DNA from: Candidatus Heimdallarchaeota archaeon
Lineage (GTDB): Archaea; Asgardarchaeota; Heimdallarchaeia; Heimdallarchaeales; Heimdallarchaeaceae
Reading direction: 5' to 3'
Assembly (NCBI GenBank): GCA_019894795.1
Contig: JAGXNV010000001.1
Span: 83,469 to 107,468, forward strand
DNA: 24,000 bases
Shown: positions 1 to 9,320 of the stretch, one piece after another
How positions within the stretch are numbered: the stretch's first letter is position 1
Layout of the letters: the number at the start of each line of letters is the position of its first letter
Translations under genes and position numbers: made by a program
The notes under the pieces: model-generated
Told to the model about the DNA's origin: nothing
Seen by the model: only the letters and a program-made list of their open reading frames with translations
Database searches by the model: none

Positions 1-508
1 CTGGATTCCCATAATAAACATATGAACCCCAAAGAACCAAGTCCCCGAACCAATCATGCTTAGAATTTCTTACCTTTTTTCTAATGTGACGTCTAGCTTC
101 TTTAAGAGAATACGAAATTGAGTTGCCTTTCAAGAAAATCTTGTAAAATTCTTTAATCAGATCTGCAGAAGAAGAATCGAAAACAGACCATGAATTTGAA
201 ATTATCCCCTTAGATCCAGCTTGAATAAAACCTCTACACAATCCATTTATCTCGTCACCTATAGATACTGCTACTGTTCCAGTTTCACATGCGTTCAATA
301 TAACTAGTGCCGGATTTGTAAAATTAATGTTCTCAGGGATTTCGTTTCCATAAAGACGTTTTGAGTTCAAATCATCATCTAAAATAATCAGATAGCTTAA
401 ATTTGGCGTAATGCTGTTAAATTCACCATGCCCAGAGAAATGAAATATAAAACAGTCATAATCTCTAATGTGGTTTATTATGTTACTTGAATATGCATCC
501 TCATTTAG
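1..508 (-). CDS. CHAT-domain (caspase-like) peptidase, partial; continues beyond the left edge; absent from the ORF track
   Basis: Manual reverse-strand translation gives ...VKELLNEDAYSSNIINHIRDYDCFIFHFSGHGEFNS..., then ...LVILNACETGTVAVSIGDEINGLCRGFIQAGSKGIISNSWSVFDSSSADLIKNFYKIFLKGNSISYSLKEARRHIRKKVRNSKHDWFGDLVLWGSYVYYGNP. The SGHG catalytic His motif, NACETG catalytic Cys motif and terminal W-x-S-Y-V-Y-Y-G-N-P block match the CHAT family. No ATG seen in frame, so the start is unclear. Frame integrity around 360 and 420 was not verifiable by eye. Confidence 0.75.
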
Positions 509-516
509 AAGCTCTT

Positions 517-1467
517 TTACAATGATATTATCCTATCAATACTATCTAAGAAGAAGCTTATGTCTTCTATGAATTCAAAGAGAAACCTGACGAGTTCAGA
601 TTTTAATGAGGTTTTATGAAGTGCTATTAACTCATCAAGCATCTGGATATTTGTCTTTGTATTTGCAAATTCAGTATAAACCCCAATTATGTCTTTTTCT
701 TGAACTGAAGTAAGAAGATTTTCAAGAATGTCAAGAATGAAATACATCTTGTTATTGATATCTCCTGATTCGCTGTAATTGTCTAGCATAATCTGTGTTG
801 AGATTTCTTGAGCTTTCGTTGCAATATCCTCGTAAGCGATATCCAACATGTCGATTACAATCTCATCCACGTTCATCTCATCTGCTCTCTGTTCCGTTGG
901 CACAGTTGAAACTTCCATTCGATATGTTGTATCTTTGATTTCTTCATCTAACCATTTAACAAAGGAAGGTGTAACTATGGGTTTACGATTGAGAAGAGTG
1001 TCAGCAGATGTGAAATCCTCTTGTTTTGGCTTTGGGTGAAGAAATTGTTCTTTTATCTGTGAATGAACAGTATATTCAGGATAATTTTCGTAAACGTACT
1101 CCACTAACTGCCGCAAACTATAGTTTTTGAAATCATAACAGATGTCTTGGATAATTTGATCATAAATGTCCCCAAAATCGTTTTCCAATAAATACTGTTC
1201 TCCATGATCTGTTATTTGATAACGATGAAGAATTTCCCCACCAGCTTTCTCAACTTCTTCATGTTCAATATAACCATAGTCATCTAAATGCTGAATGTCC
1301 TCTTGGATAACTTGGCAAAATGGACCAAATTTGAAAGGAATGAAGTCATAACCTGTATTGATATGATAATTCTTCTCCAAAAGAAACAAGAGTTTTTGAA
1401 ACTGAACTCTCCCATTGACGAACCCCATATGTTTTAGAAGTAATAACAACGTTGCGTAACGGGACAT
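517..1467 (-). CDS. Winged-helix protein, SocA/Panacea (DUF4065)- or YwgA-like N-terminus with helical C-terminal region
   Basis: 316 aa ORF. The N-terminus 'VNGRVQFQKLLFLLEKNYHINTGYDFIPFKFGPFCQVIQEDIQHLDDYGYIEHEE' resembles the K-x-QKLLFLLE...F.PYKFGP...D...L...GYI pattern of this wHTH class. Confidence 0.5.
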   Translation of the reverse strand: MSRYATLLLLLKHMGFVNGRVQFQKLLFLLEKNYHINTGYDFIPFKFGPFCQVIQEDIQHLDDYGYIEHEEVEKAGGEILHRYQITDHGEQYLLENDFGDIYDQIIQDICYDFKNYSLRQLVEYVYENYPEYTVHSQIKEQFLHPKPKQEDFTSADTLLNRKPIVTPSFVKWLDEEIKDTTYRMEVSTVPTEQRADEMNVDEIVIDMLDIAYEDIATKAQEISTQIMLDNYSESGDINNKMYFILDILENLLTSVQEKDIIGVYTEFANTKTNIQMLDELIALHKTSLKSELVRFLFEFIEDISFFLDSIDRIISL

Positions 1468-1580
1468 TTCAATATAATTAACAAGAGATTAATATATAAA
1501 CTCATAGAAATATTTAGGACTTAACCGTGTTAAACTCTTTTTATCGGCAATTTACTGATTTTAGTGCTAATTTTGTTCCT

Positions 1581-2696
1581 TCAGAGGTCAATTTTGTAAA
1601 TGATTTTCTCGCGGAAACCTGTAATTACAGCCGTATATCCCCTTAACAACAAATCCAATTCATTATCTCCTGTATCAACTAAAAATGAACGACCATTTAG
1701 TGAATTGATTTTATGCTTTGTAGCCAAGACGATTATATTGTCTTTTCCTACACTTCTAATCACTTGTGGGCTTAATTGTTGATTACCTCTACCAAATAGG
1801 AAACCTTGACCTCCAATAGGTGTGATAACTATTTTGGTTTTTTTTCCTTTAATTTGCACAAGTAGTTTTTTTTCATTTAAGTCTAATTCAATGAGTTTTT
1901 TTCTGTAAATAAGATCTACACCTAACAAAGTATAATCAAGTTTCAGTTTTTCCATAATTGATTTAGTAGTTGTACCAGGACCGATAATATACAGATGATC
2001 CTCATCCATATTGTCAACAATTTCCTGAGCGATTGCTTCTTGCGAATATTTTTCAGTTGCTGAACTTCCTATTTTCAAACCTTGAGTGTACTTTTTCTCA
2101 AATGGAATCTTTAGATAACCATATAATTTTGCAGAAATGGTTCCTGCTCTGAATGCCTCTTCGTCAATGTCCATAACTTCTGCTTTTCTTAGCTCTTTCA
2201 CCTTTCCTTGAAGAAAAAGTGCAACAAGATCCCCAGCTCTTATTGGATTGTGGGCATATATAGCTGAATGCATTTTGACTCCTGTTGGGATGCCCAGTAC
2301 AACAATTTCATCCCCAATAGCTTCGTAAATATCTCTAGCTGTTCCATCTCCTCCAGAAAAAAGTAAGAAATCAATCTTAAGATTACACAACTCTTTAGAT
2401 GCTCTTTGAGTATCATCTGCTGTAGTCTTTCCTTTAATTATAGCTCCAATAACTCTAGGATTGAATCCACACTGTTTAGCAATATTTTCTCCCATCTCTC
2501 CAGGATACGTGATTAGCTCAAACTCGTCTTTGAGGAAAACTAATCTTTCCAATGCTTTGATGGTTCGTTCAGGTGAAACCTGTTCTGCTCCTAAACTTCT
2601 TGCCTTAGCTAAGATGGTCGGTCCATCAGTTCCTTTAAGCCCTACTTTACCACCCATACCCGCAATTGGGTTTACTATTAAACCTATTTTCTTCAA
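1581..2696 (-). CDS. Predicted ATP-NAD kinase, COG3199 (AcoX-like) family
   Basis: 371 aa. N-terminal 'IGLIVNPIAGMGGKVGLKGTDG', kinase motif 'LLFSGGDGTARDIYEA', 'VLGIPTGVKMHSAIYA', and C-terminal 'IGGQGFLFGRGNQQLSPQVI' typical of COG3199. Confidence 0.9.
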   Translation of the reverse strand: MKKIGLIVNPIAGMGGKVGLKGTDGPTILAKARSLGAEQVSPERTIKALERLVFLKDEFELITYPGEMGENIAKQCGFNPRVIGAIIKGKTTADDTQRASKELCNLKIDFLLFSGGDGTARDIYEAIGDEIVVLGIPTGVKMHSAIYAHNPIRAGDLVALFLQGKVKELRKAEVMDIDEEAFRAGTISAKLYGYLKIPFEKKYTQGLKIGSSATEKYSQEAIAQEIVDNMDEDHLYIIGPGTTTKSIMEKLKLDYTLLGVDLIYRKKLIELDLNEKKLLVQIKGKKTKIVITPIGGQGFLFGRGNQQLSPQVIRSVGKDNIIVLATKHKINSLNGRSFLVDTGDNELDLLLRGYTAVITGFREKIIYKIDL

Positions 2697-2718
2697 ATGA
2701 AACCATCTTTGTGCAAAT

Positions 2719-4269
2719 TTATTTTTGAGTTTTCTTCAAATATGCTCTCCAGGTAATAGCCCATTTAGAAGGATCATCTAGTGCATCTGTTTCAATTTTA
2801 TGTACTACACTTCTATGAGGAGCACTCTTTACTAGTTCTGGATTTTCATATGATTCTTCAACCACTCTCTTTAGTCCAGCAATGTACTCATCGATTTCTG
2901 CTTTTGAATAAGATTCTGTGGGTTCTAGAGTAAAAGGTTGAGGAACAATGAATGGGTGATGGCTTGACCACATGTGAAAACCAAAATCAGCCATACGACA
3001 AGTGATATCTTCTGTTGTCACCCCTGTTTCATTGTAAAGCTCTTCCCAACTATAACGAACTTGTTCAATTCGATGCCTTCCTTTAGCATATGGAGCACTA
3101 GCACCGCGAATCTCTAGTATTCTCTTTAATAGATAATTATTATTGAGTACAGCAATTTGCGAGACTTCCTTTAAACCTGCATTACCTAAACTCATAATCC
3201 ATGAGTAAGCTTTCAAAATTGCGGGAGCCACTCCATAGAAGGACCTAACTTTACCTATTGTATTGGAAACATTGTAATTGAAATGATATTTTTCCTCATC
3301 AAATTCGACTAGAGGAACAGGAAGGTATTTTATGAATTTATTAGTTACACCAAGTGCACCAGTAGCGGGTCCACCACATCCGTGAGGAGAGGAAAATGTC
3401 TTATGAAGATTAAAGAAACAGAGATCAAAGTCAGCTTCTTTTGCTCTTGTAATTCCTAAAATTCCGTTTGCATTAGCTTGATCATAACCACACACCCCTC
3501 CTACTTCATGGACAATTCGAGTAAAATCTTTAATTTTTGGATTGAAAATCCCGGTATCTTCTGGATTAGTAATTAGTAAACCAGCAGTACGATTAGAAAC
3601 AGCTTTTTCTAGAGCTTCAACATCGGGTAAACCATCCTCATTTGGATAAATGTTGATGATTTTATACCCTTTTACATTTGGTGCAGCTGCATCAGAAGGA
3701 TGAGAGAACATCGTTGTAATGATTTCATCACGCTGTTCTGATTCACCTTTAGAGTCATGATATGCTTGAATAACAGATGCCATTGCTAATATTGCTTGAC
3801 TACCTCCTCCAGGTTGGAATGTAAACTTATCTAGACCTGAAATTTCCCTGAGGAATAAATCCAATTTGTAAATTATTTCTAGAATCCCTTGAACAGTGCT
3901 TTCATCTTGTGCTGGGTGAAGTGCTGTTAATTTTGGTGAAGATGCCAGTTTTTCATTAATCTTTGGACTATATTTCATGGTACATGTTCCTTGACCAATA
4001 TCTACGTTAAAATCTGCTCCCAGAGTTTGCTGAGATAATCTCAGATAATGCTTGAGAACCCGCATTTGAGATATCTCTGGTAAATTGGGTGGTTTTTGTC
4101 TTATCATGTTTTCAGGTAATTTGGAAAAACCATCTCCAACAACGTCTTCAATTCCTTGTTCAATCTCAGGAAAGAGGATGCCTCGTTCTCCTTTGTTACT
4201 TAACTCGTAGATAACTGGCTCATCCCATTTAGCTTGATGAAAATTCTTTGTTCTTGTTTGTTTGTTCAT
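2719..4269 (-). CDS. gcvPB: Glycine dehydrogenase (decarboxylating) subunit 2
   Basis: 516 aa PLP-dependent protein; Schiff-base region 'FFNLHKTFSSPHGCGGPATGALGV', 'MFSHPSDAAAPNVKGY', 'CGYDQANANGILGITR', 'HPFIVPQPFTLEPTESYSK'. Confidence 0.95.
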   Translation of the reverse strand: MNKQTRTKNFHQAKWDEPVIYELSNKGERGILFPEIEQGIEDVVGDGFSKLPENMIRQKPPNLPEISQMRVLKHYLRLSQQTLGADFNVDIGQGTCTMKYSPKINEKLASSPKLTALHPAQDESTVQGILEIIYKLDLFLREISGLDKFTFQPGGGSQAILAMASVIQAYHDSKGESEQRDEIITTMFSHPSDAAAPNVKGYKIINIYPNEDGLPDVEALEKAVSNRTAGLLITNPEDTGIFNPKIKDFTRIVHEVGGVCGYDQANANGILGITRAKEADFDLCFFNLHKTFSSPHGCGGPATGALGVTNKFIKYLPVPLVEFDEEKYHFNYNVSNTIGKVRSFYGVAPAILKAYSWIMSLGNAGLKEVSQIAVLNNNYLLKRILEIRGASAPYAKGRHRIEQVRYSWEELYNETGVTTEDITCRMADFGFHMWSSHHPFIVPQPFTLEPTESYSKAEIDEYIAGLKRVVEESYENPELVKSAPHRSVVHKIETDALDDPSKWAITWRAYLKKTQK

Positions 4270-5681
4270 TTTCTATTCTCTCCTTCGTTTATACATTCAT
4301 CCAAAGCTTGGACAAGTCTATCAATATCCTCTTTTGTATGAATTTCAGTTACACAATAAACAGCACAATTTCCTAGTTCCGGAAATTCACTTGAAATATC
4401 TTTACCACCAAAGATTCTCTTTTTGAGTAGGGTTTTGTTCACTTCTTTTACAGTTTTACCTGTTCCATCCAAATTCACAACGAATTCTTTGAAGTGAGAT
4501 GATTGACTGAATTGAATTTTAACTCCTTGAATTTCTGAAAGTTTCTTCATTACATACTGAGATTTTTGTAAAACTAATTTTCCAAGCTCTTGCATACCTT
4601 GGGGTCCTGCTAAAGCCAAATAAACACCTGCAGTGATTCCCCATAGCGCAGTAGCTGTACCTATGAACTCCTTACCTTCAATTCTATCATGAAAAGATGT
4701 TCTGTCATAAGTTACATCACCGAACCCATGTTCTCCTTCAACAACTGTGGTAGTTATACCAAAAAGACGCGAGGGGTATTCCATAACATATCGTTCTTCG
4801 TCTCTAGTAGCTATAAAACCTGCGAGTCCTCCACCAAATTGCATGTGTATACCCAACGACTGAATATCACCACAAACAATATCTGCTCCGTAATTACTCG
4901 GTGGAACAAGTATGCCTAAGGATATCGGATCGGTTCCAACAAGACTTAATGCACCATGAGAATGTGCAATATCAGCAATTATCTGGCCTTGATCTTCTAT
5001 ACATCCTAAATATGAGGGAGTTTCAAAATAAATACCGGCTGTCTTTGATGAGATTTTGGTTTTTAAATCATCAAGATCTAAATTTCCAGTTGTTGTATTG
5101 TATTTAACTAGTTTAATGGTGACTGTAGGTTTGCAATAGTTTTGGATAATTAATAATCTGTCAGGTGAAATGGATTTAGAGATTAGTATCTCAGTTCGAC
5201 CAGTTATTCGAGTAGCCATTCTTATGGAAGTACTTGCTGCTTGCCCCCAATCATAGGTTGGGACATTTACAACATCCATCTCCAAAAGCTCCCCCATCAT
5301 ACTTGCATATTCAAAAAGTGTCTGAAACCTTCCATGATCTTCATAAGGTTCTCCAGCATATGCTGTTAGAAATTCCGAACGTCGATTGATTTCATCGCAT
5401 ATTGCAGGTACATAATGTTGCCAACAGTCTCCACCTAAGAAGCTGAGATTCTCTTGACATGTTTGATTTTTAGATAGAATCTGTTCCACATGTCTACTTA
5501 GGTCATATTCCGATGGGAACGGTTTGGGTAAATTCATATCATCCTTGAACCTTAGTTCTTCAGGAATATCCTTGTAAAGTTCTTCAATGGTTTTTACACC
5601 AATTACGTTTAGCATCTCTGCTTTTATTTCCGGAACGGAATTTGGAATATACGGGTGAATTAATATTTTCTTTTTATCCAT
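4266..5681 (-). CDS. gcvPA: Glycine dehydrogenase (decarboxylating) subunit 1
   Basis: 471 aa; 'SFLGGDCWQHYVPAICDEINRRSEFLTAYAGEPYEDHGRFQTLFEYASMMGELLEMDVVNVPTYDWGQAASTSIRMATRITGR' is diagnostic of GcvPA. ATGA-type overlap with gcvPB. Confidence 0.95.
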   Translation of the reverse strand: MDKKKILIHPYIPNSVPEIKAEMLNVIGVKTIEELYKDIPEELRFKDDMNLPKPFPSEYDLSRHVEQILSKNQTCQENLSFLGGDCWQHYVPAICDEINRRSEFLTAYAGEPYEDHGRFQTLFEYASMMGELLEMDVVNVPTYDWGQAASTSIRMATRITGRTEILISKSISPDRLLIIQNYCKPTVTIKLVKYNTTTGNLDLDDLKTKISSKTAGIYFETPSYLGCIEDQGQIIADIAHSHGALSLVGTDPISLGILVPPSNYGADIVCGDIQSLGIHMQFGGGLAGFIATRDEERYVMEYPSRLFGITTTVVEGEHGFGDVTYDRTSFHDRIEGKEFIGTATALWGITAGVYLALAGPQGMQELGKLVLQKSQYVMKKLSEIQGVKIQFSQSSHFKEFVVNLDGTGKTVKEVNKTLLKKRIFGGKDISSEFPELGNCAVYCVTEIHTKEDIDRLVQALDECINEGENRK

Positions 5682-5732
5682 AAGTTATCTCTCCAAAAAA
5701 GAATGTTTGCAGTTGTTTCTAGAAATCATGAT

Positions 5733-6524
5733 TTAAGCTAGACCTCCTCCATCAACAATTATGGATGTTCCTGTTACCCAGTTTGAAAGACCACTAGCAA
5801 GAAATAGAACTGCATTAGCTACGTCTTGAGGATTACCTACACGATTGAGAGGACGGTCAGCAGCTTCCTTCATGAATTCGTCTTCATCAACATCCAATTG
5901 CTTTGCTTCTCCTCTTAATAGTGGAGTATCAACATCTCCTGGACAAACACAATTAACACGAATCCCATGTTTGCCATGGTCAATTGCCATTGCGCGTGTC
6001 ATGTTTACAACTCCACCTTTTGCCGCACAATAAGCTACGGCATTAGAGCCACCTTTGATTCCCCAACCAGAACCATTGTTAATTATGCTCCCACTTTTAC
6101 CTTTGATCATGATTGGAATTACGTACCGAGAAAGTAAATAGATTGACTTCATGTTAACATCTACAACTAAATCCCAATCTTCTTCTTCTAATTCTACAAT
6201 GTTTTTACGTCGTATCACACCCGCATTGTTAAACAGAATATCTATCCTACCAAACTCTTTGTAAATAGATTCAACTGTTTTATTACACTCTGCATCAGAA
6301 GTTACATTGCACAGGAAAAATTTAGCTTCTCCTCCTCCTTCTTTTATTTGTTTAGCTGCATTGCTCCCATCTTTTTCATTAATATCTATTAATGCTACAA
6401 TGGCACCCATCTCTGCCAGAAGGTTAGCGGTTGCTAATCCAATACCAGAGGCTGCCCCAGTAACTATTGCTACTTTTTCCTTCAATGAAATAAGTTTTAA
6501 AATTCGATTGTTTTTTGTAATCAT
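5733..6524 (-). CDS. Short-chain dehydrogenase/reductase (SDR)
   Basis: 263 aa; 'VTGAASGIGLATANLLAEMGA', 'NNAG', S-x12-Y-x3-K ('SGWGIKGGSNAVAYCAAK'), 'RVNCVCPGDVDTP'. Confidence 0.92.
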   Translation of the reverse strand: MITKNNRILKLISLKEKVAIVTGAASGIGLATANLLAEMGAIVALIDINEKDGSNAAKQIKEGGGEAKFFLCNVTSDAECNKTVESIYKEFGRIDILFNNAGVIRRKNIVELEEEDWDLVVDVNMKSIYLLSRYVIPIMIKGKSGSIINNGSGWGIKGGSNAVAYCAAKGGVVNMTRAMAIDHGKHGIRVNCVCPGDVDTPLLRGEAKQLDVDEDEFMKEAADRPLNRVGNPQDVANAVLFLASGLSNWVTGTSIIVDGGGLA

Positions 6525-6561
6525 AGAGTTTCATCCCAATAATCTTCTTGTTTTGTGAAAT

Positions 6562-7329
6562 TTAATCCTCCATTGGAGTATACGGACCTGCTGTTTCTCC
6601 ACCATCAATAGCTATAGCTTGACCAGTAATATATGCTGCCTCAGCTGATGCTAAAAATGCAAATAAGCTTGCAACTTCTTCTGGTTCAGCATGACGATTC
6701 AAAGGTATTTTTGAATTAACCACTTCCAGCATTTCAGGAGTATATTCAGCTTTTTGCATTGGTGTAAGCACATATCCAGGACAAATGGCATTTACTCTTA
6801 ACCATGGAGCAAATTCTAGGGCTAACGATTTCGCTAGAAGGATTACACCTGCTTTTGAACTATTATAATCTGCATAAAATGAGTGTCCCTCAGTTCCGTT
6901 AGTGGAACCTGTTAACAAAACAACTCCAGAAAGCTGTTTCTTCATTCGTATTATTGCTTCTTTTGCACATAGAAACATTCCATCTAGATTTACCCGTAGA
7001 ACTTTAGACCATTGTTCGTAATCGATCTTAAGAAAAGGGTTACGAAAACTTATCCCCGCATTGGAAATAAGTACGTCAATACCACCTAGAATATCATCGA
7101 TTTTCTTAAACGCTGCTCCAACATCTTCCGGATTACTAACATCAGCATACACACCACCAATGATTTCAGGAATGACGGATGAAATTTTATCTAGATCCTC
7201 TTTATTCCAATCGATGATAACAACCTTGGCTCCTTCATTAACAAAACGTTTGGCGGTTGCTAGTCCTATACCACTTGCTCCACCTGTAATTACAACTCGT
7301 TTTCCACTAAGATCTTTGTATATACCCAT
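6562..7329 (-). CDS. Short-chain dehydrogenase/reductase (SDR); the listed ORF extends to 7461 but the likely start is MGIYKDLSGKRVVITGG
   Basis: 'VVITGGASGIGLATAKRFVNEGA', 'ISNAG', 'STNGTEGHSFYADYNSSK', 'RVNAICPGYVLTP'. The first 44 aa of the ORF-track translation do not look like SDR sequence. Confidence 0.9.
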   Translation of the reverse strand: MGIYKDLSGKRVVITGGASGIGLATAKRFVNEGAKVVIIDWNKEDLDKISSVIPEIIGGVYADVSNPEDVGAAFKKIDDILGGIDVLISNAGISFRNPFLKIDYEQWSKVLRVNLDGMFLCAKEAIIRMKKQLSGVVLLTGSTNGTEGHSFYADYNSSKAGVILLAKSLALEFAPWLRVNAICPGYVLTPMQKAEYTPEMLEVVNSKIPLNRHAEPEEVASLFAFLASAEAAYITGQAIAIDGGETAGPYTPMED

Positions 7330-7584
7330 TTTATTCACTACACTGTACAATTTTAGTATTCCTATTTTATTTTTTCGCAGATAACCGTTACATCTATTCC
7401 ATTGATGATAAATGATTGTTGGCACTATCTTCTGTTCGAAATAGTTCGTTATGAAATGCATTTTTTATCTCTCTTCTTGCCCTCTCGTATCGAAAGACCC
7501 TTTTTCTATATTACACAAATAATACGCTACAATTACGTGGCAAGAACAGCTGAATTCAAAAAATTTTATAAGAAACTAACTCCT

Positions 7585-8613
7585 ATGTTTTCTATTATGA
7601 AAAAGAAAAATATTATTGCTATAATGATGACTGCTATTGGAATAGCACTCATAACAACAGCATTAGTTATAGTTTACGCCTCATATCCTCCAAGAGGAAA
7701 TACAATTGATGCAGCAATAACGGATTATTTCTATGACACTAGAAGTGATACCCTCGCACTCATAATGTATATAATTACTTGGTTGGGAGAATCTTTAGTA
7801 TACATTGGTATGTTACTCTTTCTTTATTATCTCTGGGATAAAAAGAGAACCTTCAGGACAATGTCACTATTAATTACATCTTCAGTTGTTAACGTTTCAG
7901 CTAAAGCTATCTTTAGATTAGAAAGACCCCCTGACTATCAGCACTACGAACACATAGAAGAGCTGTCTTCTGGATTACCTAGTGGTCACGCGCAACTGAG
8001 TACTACCGTTTGGGGTATGCTTGGAATCTTCCTAAAGAAGGTGATGATCGTTTTCGCGATTCTATTACCCTTGTTAATAGGTTTCTCTAGAATATATTTA
8101 GGCGTGCATTGGTTTACTGATGTAATAATGGGATATGGCATAGCATTAATTATACTAGCGTTGTACATTTTCCTTGGTGAATACATTGAGAATTTCCTCA
8201 ACGAGAAGTCAGCTATAATTAAAATCTTAGTAGCCATTGCAGTATGTGCTATTTTTGCTATTCTTGTAATTTTCTTACTTCTTAATAGAGTTGAAAATGA
8301 TACAGAGCTAATTTCCGGTAGCCTAAAACTCATAGTGTTACTTGTTACACTTTCTATTTCTTATTCAGTTGAAGGTTCGTTAATTAATTTTAGTAATGAA
8401 ATTGATAAATGGTGGAAATACCTTGTTAGGATTTTGATCGGTGGCGCAATCTTTGGGATTTTCTATTTTGGAGTGTCAATGCTATTTGATCTTGCTATTA
8501 ACGCTGTAGCCTGGGTGGGTATAGAATTAACACTCGACTTGATTAGGTATGCTATGCTTGGCCCTGCCCTCCTCCTACTTGCGCCTTGGATAATGATGAA
8601 GTTAAAGGTCTAA
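7585..8613 (+). CDS. Membrane-bound PAP2 superfamily (phosphatidic acid phosphatase type 2) phosphatase; the listed ORF starts at 7402, likely start MFSIMKKKNIIAI
   Basis: Three PAP2 motifs: 'KAIFRLERP', 'LPSGH', 'SRIYLGVHWFTDV', plus multiple hydrophobic segments and extra C-terminal TM helices. Confidence 0.88.
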   Translation: MFSIMKKKNIIAIMMTAIGIALITTALVIVYASYPPRGNTIDAAITDYFYDTRSDTLALIMYIITWLGESLVYIGMLLFLYYLWDKKRTFRTMSLLITSSVVNVSAKAIFRLERPPDYQHYEHIEELSSGLPSGHAQLSTTVWGMLGIFLKKVMIVFAILLPLLIGFSRIYLGVHWFTDVIMGYGIALIILALYIFLGEYIENFLNEKSAIIKILVAIAVCAIFAILVIFLLLNRVENDTELISGSLKLIVLLVTLSISYSVEGSLINFSNEIDKWWKYLVRILIGGAIFGIFYFGVSMLFDLAINAVAWVGIELTLDLIRYAMLGPALLLLAPWIMMKLKV

Positions 8614-8740
8614 AGCAATTTCACACCTTTTTTTCTCTTCTTTATTTTTAAAAATACAAAAGATATCTTATATGTTGTCTTTCAACATTAGATTTTTAAA
8701 GTAAATCTGACTGGCTAAATTAGTTGAAAGAGGATTCAAA

Positions 8741-9310
8741 ATGTACGAGGAAATTAAACTCTTCGATAAATGGGACTTCAGCGAAGTAGAAGTAAATGAT
8801 TTAGGTCTACAAAGATATATCTCACTTCAACCTGTATTCTTTCCACATTCCGGTGGTAGAAATCAAGTTCAAAGGTTTAAGAAAGCAGAGATGAGCATCG
8901 TTGAAAGATTTACCAATAAATTGATGAAGAAAGGTAAAAATGCCGGTAAAAAGCAAAGAGCAATTAATATTGTGAGAATGGCTTTTGATATAATTTATGA
9001 AAGAACTGGTGTAAATCCCATACAAATTTTAGTTGATGCTATCAGTAATGTTGCACCAAGAGAAGAAACAACTCGTTTAACATATGGTGGTGTAGCTCAA
9101 CATATAGCCGTGGATATTTCTCCTCTACGAAGAGTTGATCTTGCATTAAGATACATGTCCAATGCAATAAAACAAAAGAGTTTCAACAACGTAAAAAGTG
9201 TTGAAGAAGTAACTGCAGAAGAATTAATTCTTGCATCCAAAGGAGATCAAGGAAGTAATGCAGTTAAAAAGAGACAAGAGATAGAGAGAATAGCTCTATC
9301 GGCAAGATAA
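8741..9310 (+). CDS. rps7: 30S ribosomal protein S7 (uS7)
   Basis: 189 aa archaeal S7: 'VERFTNKLMKKGKNAGKKQRAINIVRMAFDIIYERTGVNPIQILVDAISNVAPREETTRLTYGGVAQHIAVDISPLRRVDLALR'. Confidence 0.96.
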   Translation: MYEEIKLFDKWDFSEVEVNDLGLQRYISLQPVFFPHSGGRNQVQRFKKAEMSIVERFTNKLMKKGKNAGKKQRAINIVRMAFDIIYERTGVNPIQILVDAISNVAPREETTRLTYGGVAQHIAVDISPLRRVDLALRYMSNAIKQKSFNNVKSVEEVTAEELILASKGDQGSNAVKKRQEIERIALSAR

Positions 9311-9320
9311 GATTAATAAG

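Noticed and set aside
848-1039. Short opposite-strand ORF within the 517..1467 gene
   Set aside because: Antisense shadow ORF with no recognisable domain.
4689-5107. Short plus-strand ORFs (4689..4919, 4901..5107) inside gcvPA
   Set aside because: Antisense to a strongly supported gcvPA gene.
7558-7570. Apparent extra A in the poly-A run when reading the PAP2 frame by eye
   Set aside because: The supplied ORF translation is continuous here, so this is a manual counting error and a caution for my homopolymer readings elsewhere, including the CHAT frame at 355-425.
7402-7584. N-terminal extension of the PAP2 ORF and overlapping N-terminal extension of the SDR ORF (7330-7461)
   Set aside because: Both extensions lie in the divergent intergenic region, overlap each other on opposite strands and do not resemble their families; internal starts (about 7585 and 7329) are more plausible.
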